Source of the DNA: Octopus bimaculoides
Lineage: Eukaryota
Direction of reading: 5' to 3'
NCBI RefSeq assembly: GCF_001194135.2
Contig: NC_069005.1
Span: 29,520,194 to 29,581,574 of the forward strand
DNA: 61,381 nucleotides
Shown in pieces: positions 50,221-61,381 of the stretch. Numbering within the stretch: the first letter of the stretch is position 1; every line of letters begins with the position of its first letter. The notes beneath the pieces were generated by a model. The model saw only the letters and a program-made list of their open reading frames with translations, was not told the origin of the DNA and did not search any database. The position numbers and the translations under genes are program-made.

Positions 50221-52057
50221 AATATACATTATATTACATACACAATACCATACTGCGTGTACTACATTATAACTAGAAATTCAACTATTATCAAATCTAA
50301 ACTGCTTCCATCAACAATGGCTTCTGCTCCCTTGTATATCCTCTCCTCTCGTGCTCACCTGGCATGTCTGCAAAGGGTATGGACATTGCTTCTCTTCTGG
50401 TTAACTATTAAATAAAAAACACTCCAGAAAATACCACTGCTATCATGTTGGTCTTGAGTGGTTCACTATGCTAAGTACTAACACCAGACCCTCGACTCCC
50501 TCAACAAATATCCTAAGATCTTGAGGTTGATTGTCAGTTGCATTAATTTCACACGTTTAAGAGGAGCAACAAAAGGTCAAGGTTTGACTAATATACAAAA
50601 ACATGAATTAGGTTAGAATGTTAATTAAGAAAGGAATTTCTATTTCCATAAAACAATTAGCAAGACAACTAAAATGTCATTAATTCCAGAAGACTTTTTG
50701 TTAATGAATTACTAGTTCTCTGTCAAAACAATCACAATAAGAAGAATGACACAAATTGACACACTAATGAAAAAAGTAAAAAAAAAAAAAAAAAATTAAA
50801 AGATTAATAAAAATATGACATTAATAAACCATATCCTTCATAAATTAACATTGATAAAAAAAATTTAAAAATACTAAAAGGTTTCTTCAGAATGGAAAAT
50901 ATCTAAGAAAGGTTTCTGGTTCTATTCTTTAAAAAAAAAAACAAACAAACAAAAACAGGCAGTGCTGTTAAATGTATGGAATATTGCTAATAGAAGCAGG
51001 AGCGTACACATATGAGCGTGTGTGTGTGTGTGTGTGTCTAATAGCACATGAGGAATATCAATGATGGCAACAAAACTAGCAGGAGCAGGCAGGCAGCAAC
51101 AGTGTTTGGAATCAGTTGAAACGATGAATTGGCAGCCATCCACTCCTTGACATTGGCATTCAAAGACTAGGTAAAACGCTAGTAAAACAAACAGCTTCAT
51201 TCACAGAGTTCATTATTTTAACATGTACAAGAAATAAATTTACCAATATTGTGTTCGCAACATTATTTTTTCAAGTAGCTGCCATAAAATTCTCTGCTTT
51301 TCATTTGCAGCAGCAGCAACAATGAAAAATGAAAGCATTAAAAACAAGCAAAAAAACAAAAGTGATGCATTCTTAATTAGCTGCGTTCAGTTACCTAGGT
51401 ACAAAGGATGATCTGGGGGTATGAAGATTAAACCAGCAACTGCAGTTGTTGCAGATTTGGGGTCAATAACACCAGCACAAGGACACCGATATCGCAGGAA
51501 GGGTCAGTTGGATTAGTAAACAACTCTACTGCTGCAAGTGTGTGCCTTATATAGTCAGGCCTGTTAGAAACAGCAGCTAAATCTGTCTCAAATCACACTA
51601 TCACCGAAGATAGGAAAACACATGGGTAATCTAGTTCTAGTCCTGCATGCCCCTAACACTATCACCACGGCAAGACTATTTTTGATCGTAGGTCTGCTAA
51701 GATTAGGGCTGATTTGGAAGTACATAAACAATAACAAATGGGGCTTTATTTTAGTGGCCCTTGGAAGGATGAAAGGCAGCAAAATTATCCATCCTAGCAC
51801 ATGAATAATTAATACTGTCAAGCATTTTTCTCTGATGTCCCAAGGAATACACTGAAGCATCATACTGAATATTAAGGGCCCAGTCTAATCTTTTTATCTA
51901 CATTATGATACTTGTAAAGATAGGAAAATATAATTCTAATACCAGAAGCTGACAAGTTATCGAAAAATAGATTAAAAAGGTAAGCAGAAGAATCGGTAGA
52001 GCATCAGATAAACACCTAATAGATTGGAAAGGGACATGACAAAATATCAAATTCTGT

Positions 52058-52885
52058 AGGTGTGGCTGTGGGGCTAAAAAGTTCATTTCTCAATCATGCA
52101 GTCCAGAGTTCAATCCCACTACCTGGCAGCTGGGGCAGGTGTCTTCTACCATAGCCTCAGGCTGACTAATACCATTTAGCAGTAGGTAAATGGAAACTAT
52201 GGAAACTACACAGAATCCCATAGACTACGTATAAGTGTATTTTTTTGCTTGAAACAATGCAAACACTGGCAGGAATCTCTTGGAATGCATTTATTTAAAG
52301 ACCGTCCATTGCTCCTGCCATTGACTGGGCTGGTAGAAGCCACGAATTGTAATAAAACTAAATAATCTTGTTTAGACTTATTTTCCTTCACCCTTTCCAG
52401 GCCAATAAAATATGGAGCAGTCTATGTACTGGAGTTGATGTAATCAAACATACCCTAGAAGTGGTATCACAGAATAACAAAACTAATAAAGCAAAGAATG
52501 AAAAAAAAAAAAACCCAAAAAACCTTTATCATGGCTGCATGGTTAAGATGTTCGCTTGACAACTACATGGTCTTGGGTTCAATCACACATGACTCTTTGG
52601 ACAAGCGTTGTCTTCTATAGCTTCAGGACAACCAATGTCAAGTAAGTGAAATTGGCAAATGGAAACAGTGTGGAAGGTCATTATATATGAACATGTGAAT
52701 GTTTGGATGTATGTGCTTGTGTGCATTTGTTTTTATGCTTGGCACCATTTTGAAAAAGCAGTGGTAAATATGAATTGCTAAAATAAGTACCAGACAGTAC
52801 GGAGATCATTATGAACAACTAAAACTCTTTGAAGTAGTACCCCAGCACGATCACAGTCTAACCAATGAAACCAGCAGAAGAGTAT
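52058..52885 (+). mobile_element. Two diverged family-A SINE copies (about 52058-52200 and 52530-52885)
   Basis: GGTGTGGCTGTGGGGCTAAAAAG...GTCTTCTACCATAGCC; GGCTGCATGGTTAAG...TCTTCTATAGC...CCCAGCACGATCACAGTC. Confidence 0.6.
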
Positions 52886-53332
52886 GAATGAGACACAAGA
52901 GAAAATAAAACCTTAGATTAAAAAGTGAAAAATAAGTAGAGCTAATGGTGAAATGATTTCACTGAAACAATCCCAAAAGAGCATAAACTCTTTACTCCTT
53001 TTCTTTCTCGGTAACAAAATTCTATTATTAAGAAATAGAATTACTTGAACATTGTGAATAATAGTGAAATCGGAGCCTTTGAAAAAGTGGAAGTTATGAC
53101 ATCAATAACAGACACAGTTACACCAGAACAATAAGTTGTACTCTTACAGTGAAAATATTTGATTGTACGATAGGAGGAAAGAACAATTTTCTATTATTGA
53201 GTATCAAAATGGATCCAGTAACAATCAAAAATTTAAAACCACTGATTGTTTTTTTGTTTTTTTTTGTGCATTATCTCTATAGTTTCTTTTCAACAGTTCC
53301 AGAAAATTGACTGCTTTTGATGAAGCAATGTC

Positions 53333-53458
53333 TTAACCCTTTAGCGTTCTGGTTAGCTTTGAGATTTCAATGATGTGATTGCATAGGACAGATCTTGCTG
53401 GTTTGAACGTAAAGAATATTTTGGTTGGATATGGCTGCCTTAAATGCTAATATGTTAA
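53333..53458 (+). mobile_element. Internally deleted family-E MITE
   Basis: TTAA|CCCTTTAGCGTT ... AAATGCTAATATG|TTAA. Confidence 0.65.
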
Positions 53459-53764
53459 AGATTCATGCATACCAACATTACACAACCAGAGGCATAAGTT
53501 CACTTAATTTCTTCCAAGCTTTTGCACATCCTTCAACATTTAATGGTCATGCTTCACTATTATACAGTACAGCACTTAGTACACAATCTACAATTCACTC
53601 AAAGAGAGAGAGACTTAACAGCAAAGATAATAGTTCCTTGAACTTGTTCGAAACCATTCTCAATCTGGCTAGTATACTTTCAGAACACCTTTCTCTATTA
53701 CTAATTAAGTCACCTAGAGAAATGAAGCCATCAATTACTTCTAAAGAGTTCTCCAAGAGTTTAT

Positions 53765-53905
53765 CTTACATTCCGAGTTCAAACTCCGTTGGTTGACTTT
53801 GCCTTTCATCCTTCCGGTGTCAATAAAATAAGTAGCAGTTGAGTGCTGGTGTCAATGTGATCAACTTACCCACTTCTCTGAAATTACTGGTCTTATGCCA
53901 AAATT
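53765..53905 (+). mobile_element. Family-B SINE (only clear plus-strand copy)
   Basis: GAGTTCAAACTCC...GACTTTGCCTTTCATCCTTCCGGTGTCAATAAAATAAGTA. Confidence 0.75.
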
Positions 53906-55810
53906 GAATCAGTCCCAATTTTAATTATCTAAACAGTAGTTTAAGTCAATCAAAATACAATTTTTTTAAATTGAAAATATGCCCAGTTATTATAAATAAA
54001 AACACAAAGTAAGATTCTATACCCCAATAATTTTATATATGTTTTGGGAAGTTAGCTTCAAGTTTTTACAATGTTCTTTTTCTCCATTAATTTATTAAGA
54101 AAAGACTTCTTTTCAACCAAGTCGTGTCAATCTCAGAAAATTTTCACAAATCTCAATCAATGACACTTGTAGAACTTGTCTATCCAGTTTTATGGCATAT
54201 ATACTACTTTCTTCTTAATTCTATGGCATTAAAAAAAAAAAAAAAGAAATCAATAGACAAAATTACTAATCCGAAACCAAACCTGTACTTTCTTTTTAAA
54301 CATGCTCTAAGAATATTTTATGTGTCAATGCAAAGATATTAGTTCTCCTGGTTAAACTTCTTATGCAGCATATTTAACAATGGCATTTTTCAATTTACAG
54401 GAGTTACAATCTGGATTTCATTGTATTGACCCTTTTGACACCAGCTGGCTTGTGACCGTTTTTCATTCAACAACGCAAGCCTCCTGTTTTACCCTTTAGC
54501 ACTCAGATTACTCTTATACGTAATATCTTCATCATCATCATCGTTTAATATCTGCTTTCCATGCTGACATGGATTGGATGGTTTGACATGGAGCTGTCCA
54601 AACTTCAGCTGACTGTTGAGGAATAGTTTCTATTGCTGGATGTCCTTCCTAATGCTATATATATATATATATATATATATAGCTTCTAGAGGCCATCAGC
54701 TGCTCTGTGTAATTCTTCAATCTGATAATAACCAGACCAGCTTACCATCTTGAAAAGGAAAGGGAGAACATTAATATGGTCCTAAATATGTATTGCTCAC
54801 AAGGATAAAATACTTATAGCTGGAACAGCTTAGTGGTCTACTCAATCATGGACAACCTAGGGCTAAACACAGCTGAAACCAAAGCAGGAAAGCACTTGTC
54901 CAATGCTATAATAAAGTAATACAGCCATTTTATGTTCATATGAATTTAGCCTGTCTGAATCTTGTAAAGTTTGAATTAACCCAAATCTTCAATGGTCTAC
55001 CCTTGCTATTACAGACTGTCACCAACTTAACGGAAACCATTTACTATAGTATTCAATTCGTTCAGACTGTTGACAAATACTTTTCTGAAAGAGGGTAAGA
55101 AAAGATATTTACCACAGACAAGATACAAAACAGCTTCACGACAGAGTGTTTATTTAGACGACACCAATGTATGTAATTCGTAGAAAATAATTCAAGCAAT
55201 CAAATGGAAATTAAGCTCAGGAATGTAAATAAGCTAGAGGTAATTATGAAACTACTTTTCACAGAACAAAATTTAGAGAGAGAGAAAGAGAGCTACAAGA
55301 TACATTTAAAAATGTTTCCGTCACCTCACCAAGCCAACCTTGCCTTCCAAACGTCCTATTTATTTGCTGCTATCCAATGTAATAACAGCTGTAAATGTTT
55401 TCTAGATACACATTTTTATGAAATTAAACAAAGAAAAAGAATGAGATGGTGCTTTAATAAACAAACCATTGCCTGTTCTCAAATAAACAAAAGCCACAAT
55501 TAACAAAATAATTAAAAACAATTAAGTAAATTACACACAATCTTTGGTATGTCTATCCAATAATTATTTGAAACGGTTTCGTTATTTTCAGTTTAAAAGA
55601 ATATTAAAATAAATAAATGCTAGACTACAAATATGATTTCAATGTTGATACTAAATTCAATTTTGCCAAAGTTTTTATCATCACCATCAATTTTTAAAAA
55701 TGTTAATTGGCCTCTGGAATAAAGCATTTAAATGAAACACTTGCAAGAGGAAATGCTTCATCAAAAGTCAACCGACTTGTTGCTACCTAATTGCATCTAT
55801 ACACAGTTCT

Positions 55811-56037
55811 TATTTCTTATTTCTTTATTGCCCACAAGGGGCTAAACATAGAGGGGACAAACAAGGACAGACAGTGCATAACGACCGCAGTGCGTAACTG
55901 GTACTTAATTTATCGACCCTGAAAGGATGAAAGGCAAAGTCGACCTCGGCGGAATTTGAACTCAGAACGTAACAGCAGACAAAATACTGCTAAGCATTTC
56001 GCCCGGCGTGCTAACGTTTCTGCCAGCTCGCTGCCTA
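55811..56037 (-). mobile_element. Family-B SINE with 16-bp TSD
   Basis: TSD ATCTATACACAGTTCT at 55795-55810 and 56038-56053; (AAGAAAT)n tail on the element strand. Confidence 0.92.
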
Positions 56038-56304
56038 ATCTATACACAGTTCTGTCAAACAATACATGTAATAATATAGTGCTGTAAATAACCAATAAGA
56101 TACACAGCATTGATTAATCAAAGCTATTATTAAACAGGTTATTGGTAACATACTTTTCTCAGAGATGATGAAATGTTTGACAATCAGAGAAAAAAAAAAA
56201 AGGTCTTGCTCCTCAGGGCCAAACACAATGCTTTTCATAGCAAGATATGACCACAAGACTCCATTTTGTCATTTAAATAACTGCTGCCAATCTCCTGGAT
56301 CTTT

Positions 56305-56515
56305 AATTATAATTTTGGCACAAGGCCAGCAGTTTTTTCAGAGAAAGGAGTAAGTTGATTATTCAAGCCTAGTATGTGACTGGTACTTTACTGACCACAC
56401 CGAAAGGATAAACGGCAAAGTCAACCTTACAGAATTTGAAATTCGAACTTACAGAGCCAGAAGAAATACTAAACATTTTGCTCATCACACTAATGATTCT
56501 ACCAGCTCACCATTT
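56305..56515 (-). mobile_element. Family-B SINE
   Basis: AATTTTGGCACAAGGCCAGC...GGCAAAGTCAACC...GATTCTACCAGCTCACC. Confidence 0.75.
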
Positions 56516-57399
56516 TTCCTTGGCTGATAACTAAAAACAATATTGCAGTCATAGTTGACGTAAGCATTACTTTGCTTAGAGATTCAGTTGCAAGGCTTAC
56601 AACAGAGTATAAATTCCTGATCTAGAAAACCCCTGTTTCCATATCCACTCAATTTTCTTTTATGTCAGTAAAATATTATGAATACAGTGAAAAACCATGA
56701 CAAACTGAGCAGAGGGCGTCAACTGGAGATGCACTCAACAATGTGTGATCTGAAGTCTCTGATAAGGACCACTCAGAAGCTGGAGATGGCTTACACAGAA
56801 ACTGTGCATGTTTATTCCATTACTTTGTTATAAGATAGGATGCCTTTGTGTATGGTTTCGGAAGAAGATATCTGCAAAGATTAGATTAAGTCAACTGGAG
56901 ATGCACTCAATAATCTGTGATCCCTATCAGTGAATTCAGATGGGTTGGAGGGAGATTGTGTGTTTATCCCATTAGCTTATGATGCCTTCATGTAAGTTTT
57001 CAGCACAAGGTAATTTGCGAGGAATAAAGTAACCCCACCACACTTGACATTGTACTAGAGGTCTTGCAAACAACTTACACATGCATAACGCCACCACTTG
57101 AAAGTTCCGCATACCAGAAGCCAAGAAGTGTATGGGGTCATCAGGAGAGAATGTGCGCCGTTTTGGGGCCTACCTATCGACAGCATCATTGCACACTAGC
57201 CCTGCTTGTGGAATCCACAACTCCTCCATACGATTAGAGCAGAATCCCTTATACACACACACACAAGGTTTTCAGCCAGTTAACAGAGCATCTTTTGGCC
57301 AAATGGAAAGGGACAACACATTGCTTACCTTTTTTCCTTCTCTGATAGCAGACTGTTAATCTGGCTTCTACACACGGCTTCTAACACATACTAAGAGCA

Positions 57400-57738
57400 C
57401 ACGAGCAACACACATCGTTGTCATTGTCACTACGATTACTGCTAAGTGTGTGTGTGTGTGCATATGATGGACTCTACTGTATGAACATTCAGCTTTTGCC
57501 GAACAACCTACATAAATGATTTGTTCACAGTGATCAAATGTTTGTGCCGCACATTAACTCTCTCTCTCAAACTGACATTGTCCGAACAGGTGAACTGTGT
57601 GTCAGTTGTTGAAATGATAGCAGAGCAACGCGACATGGAGTGTTTTGCTCAAGAACACAACGCACCACTCGGTCTAGGAATTGAAATCACGATCACCAGA
57701 GGAGTGCAACACCCTAACCACTGGGCCAGGCGCCCTCA
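57400..57738 (-). mobile_element. tRNA-derived SINE with a D-like head and a different body
   Basis: Minus strand GGCGCCTGGCCCAGTGGTTAGGGTG...ATTTCAATTCC...TTCTTGAGCAAAACAC. Confidence 0.65.
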
Positions 57739-59876
57739 TATACGCAAACACACAGTTACATTTATCCAACACAAAATTCAGCTTTAAAATTCAATATCTG
57801 TCAGACAAATTACTTCAATTTCACATTTATCTCCATATGTTGTTACTGCCTACACGTCTTAAGCTTTAGGGCTCACACCTTTTCAACCTATGAAATCACA
57901 TGACCACCTTCTGACACAAACAAACAAGAAACAATACAAATATTTTTCATCATCCTGAAGCATTGTTCATTTGGGTATGTGTGGGTGCCAACAAAACCAA
58001 CCATTTAGACTTCAATTGGAAGAGTTCCTCTTCACAAAAGACAATGAATAGAAATCCAGAGCTTGGTGTAACTTTTTTAAAGACTTAATAGATTGATCAG
58101 AACAGTTAATTTAGAAACAAACGATAAAAAAAAAAAAAAATTTCATACATTATTATTATTATTATTATTCCCATCATTATCAGCATTGTGCTAATATTTG
58201 TTAGATATAAACCTGCAAGCTGTTCTTTCTATAGTTTTCTTCCTATTCTCTAAAACTGTCTCTATACAGGTACTTTACCAGCTAGAAACATCAGCCAAAA
58301 CTCCCTCAAGAAAACTATTGCTAATAAAGGAAAAAAAAAAACATTAGTCCAAAATAAACTAAATTTGATAAAAGATAGGATGGTAACATCAGGAATAGTT
58401 TTAATTATAGCTCAGCCCAATCAGGGCTTATCTACAACAGAATCAATCTAAAAATGGCAAATATTACTATATAGGATGGGCATAGGCAGAACACTTTTGA
58501 ACAGGGCTGACCTGGGTCTAAACAACAGCCCTTAAGACCAGTGGTTGTGAACCGCTTTGGAGCCCAGAGCTCCTGCCCTTTCATCAAATGACCCCTACCC
58601 ATGGTTTGCAAAGAAAAGGAAAGAAAAAAACAACTTCGCCCAGTGGTTTATTATCCATATATTCTTATTATCCATATATTCCCATCCAGCATATGCCACT
58701 ACATATTTTCATGGAGTGAAGCTGCTTGTGTTACATTTTCTTTTATGGAAATTGCAAAAAGGAAAGGGCTCGCATAACAAAATTATATTGGACCCAAGTG
58801 CATCACCAGTTGTTTCTGCTCCTTAATCCCGATAAATATTTTAAACAAGTATAAAGTATTGTATTTCTAAACAAAAATCATAACACCTCTAAACACCCTG
58901 CACCACTCATGGGGGCCTTCTTGCAAGCTCACAAAACCCCCAAGAGGGTGGTTTTGTCCAAGTAATGAATTACTGCCTTTGACTAACAGTCAAAAGGGTA
59001 ACACTGCATGGTCCCTAACCATACTTTTTTTTTTTTACCTATGGATCCCTTTGATTCCTGTTTTACTGAGATGGACCCTCATAGTCATTTGATATTTTTT
59101 TTAAATCCCATTGTATTCTTATAAATATTAGCATTTAGACCCCTTGAGGCTCCATATAAGATTTTGTTGTTAGAATTGATGTGCAATAAACTGGTTATAC
59201 TTTTGATGTGCATAATATTTTTTTATTTGATTGCTAATATTAAAATATAACATTATATGAAAAGCTATAATCTGGAGTGGCCTGATACAATGGTCTCAAA
59301 TGCTTGAAGTAAGCAAAACTTCGGTATTTTACTTATCAGATTCTACATGTAAACAATCTTTGGATAGATTCGTTCAAGTGGATAAGGTATATTTCAAAGA
59401 ATAAGTTCAAACTTTGAGTAAAGAAACAAGAGAGAGACCTTCAAAGACATATTTTGCACTCAACTATTCCTCTCCCCCACTACACACACAATTTAATGGG
59501 TTTTTTTTTTTTACATTTGGCAAACACACACACATTATATATATATATATATATCTCAGTTTATATATATAAACTGAATCTCATATGAAGCCTGATCTTT
59601 TAATGCTAATTTCTCTTCCCTTTTCTTAAAGAACAGCTGACAGCAGACTGATGCAAATTGATACATGTTAAGTAAATATTCAACTCATCCAGCAAACTTG
59701 CACCAATAAATAAACGTGAACCAAAATAGAAAGTCTTGCGTTTGGTTTGAATTGCAGTATATGTTTTGGTTAGGTAAATCAAGTTACATATATTGACGAC
59801 AGATTTCTTATAGCAGAGGGATTTTCCATATGTATTATGTATACATATGTTTACGAATTTCTGCTGCAAGAATCAT

Positions 59877-59914
<38 letters not shown>

Positions 59915-60099
59915 NNNNNNNNNNNNNNNNNNNNNNNNNNNNNNNNNNNNNNNNNNNNNNNNNNNNNNNNNNNNNNNNNNNNNNNNNNNNNNNNNNNNNN
60001 NNNNNNNNNNNNNNNNNNNNNNNNNNNNNNNNNNNNNNNNNNNNNNNNNNNNNNNNNNNNNNNNNNNNNNNNNNNNTATATATATAATACATACATACA

Positions 60100-61381
60100 C
60101 ACGCACATGAGTGTGTGTGTGTAAATCTAACGAAATAGCTAAGTGCCTCACAAGATAAAACGAATATAATGCAGCAGAGAGAAACTTCTTCAATGCTACA
60201 AAAATATATAGATTACATTAAAAAAACAATCCTAGCCTTTAAAACGACTCTGCAGAACTTAGTAATCCTATCAAACCAAACTGCTAGATGGAAAAAAATA
60301 TCCCCGATTTAAACAATCGAGATTTGAAAATCCTGAAGTTGAACCAGAATTTTTCCCATGACAGTCTCTCTACAAACACTAAAAAGGGATTTATTGTTCA
60401 TAGTACACATACACACTAAATTCTAAATAGGCGACTACCGCCTCCTTGATCAGCAGTTTTCCACAACGCGAGAGGAAGTTAGGATACATAAATATTCCAG
60501 CTGACCTACAAGACGACATTACGAATAAAAAAGAAATGTACATTAAAAAGAGGGTGTGTTCACAAATGACAACCGCTTTTTTTTTTGTTTTTTTTTACTC
60601 GTTAATAAAGATTGTTCCCTCCCCACCACCACCTTTATACAAAAATCATAATAGAATGAGCGTTAATTTTTTTGTAATTATCGTAAAAATAAATTAAGAG
60701 GGCAAAATAAACTCTTAAATTAACTGACGTCTGAAAGAAGACAATCAAGATAACATCTTTGGTTGCGTCTGATTTTTTATTTTAGCTGTGTGTATGTGTG
60801 TGTGAGTGTGTGTGAATAAAAGGAAGCGAGAACAATATAATGCAGTTAAACAATGAGACATTAAAAGCTGAATGTTTCAATGTCGAAGAAAAAAACCATG
60901 GGATGGTGAGATAGGGTCACCGCTCGCTTCAGATGACAGAGACTGTAGAACGAGGTGTGTACATGAGTGTGCGTGTGCGCGTGAGCCTGCGAAACAGAAA
61001 AAGCCATTTCTGCCTGACACTGTGACATTCGACAAATATAAAAAAGTCAACATATTTAGAAATATGTGACCAAGAAGAGAGCAATGAGATTGTCTCTATA
61101 CGTATGGATGTGTATATAAACGTGTGTGTGTCTGTGATATCTATATCTATCTATCTATATATATATTACATACACACACAGCCTGTTACAACTATTGCTC
61201 ATTTGTATATGAAAGAGCTAAACTTTCGAGTTTTTGTTCGTTTTTTCTTTATAATGAAAGAGTTGTAACGAAACGGTTTCAGCTGAAATCGAAACCAGAT
61301 CATAAACTACACACCAGAATATAAGAAACGTTATAACCACACAAACACAACATACACATATGCTACTTTTTATTGACTTAT
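60100..61381 (-). promoter_or_regulatory. CpG-enriched region, possible Cdc42 promoter / first-exon neighbourhood
   Basis: Hand count about 35-40 CpG in about 1.3 kb versus about a dozen in the preceding 2 kb; no strong GTAAG donor seen, so the exon is not delimited. Confidence 0.35.

Overview
AT-rich, microsatellite- and transposon-dense animal genomic DNA with six N-gaps (2877-3557, 8108-8578, 19000-19953, 34652-35137, 46967-47737, 59915-60076). The SINE content looks like an octopus genome (inference from recalled repeat families, not a database search). The one supportable protein-coding gene is a complete Cdc42 orthologue on the minus strand: four coding exons (23448-23344, 12666-12484, 7306-7109, 5838-5749), all introns phase-0 GT-AG, 576 nt, 191 aa, ending KKRKCIIF. 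A splice acceptor 23 nt before the ATG implies a non-coding upstream exon, so much of 23.5-61 kb is probably a long 5'UTR intron; CpG density rises near 60.1-61.4 kb, suggesting a promoter. The rest is tRNA-derived SINEs (at least five families, labelled A, B, C, D, G here), piggyBac-like, hAT and mariner MITEs, a Helentron-type element, RTE LINE remnants and a Penelope-like fragment. I found no novel multi-gene system. The best leads are RNA-structural or regulatory: a Penelope-type minimal hammerhead ribozyme inside a 43-bp inverted repeat (41697-41908), a 95-nt near-perfect intronic hairpin (30781-30875), a 34-bp-periodic TCF/LEF motif cluster (14042-14251), a palindrome plus M-box module (42383-42592), and close inverted SINE pairs that could form ADAR substrates in the pre-mRNA. 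Repeat boundaries, counts and identities were read by eye and are approximate.
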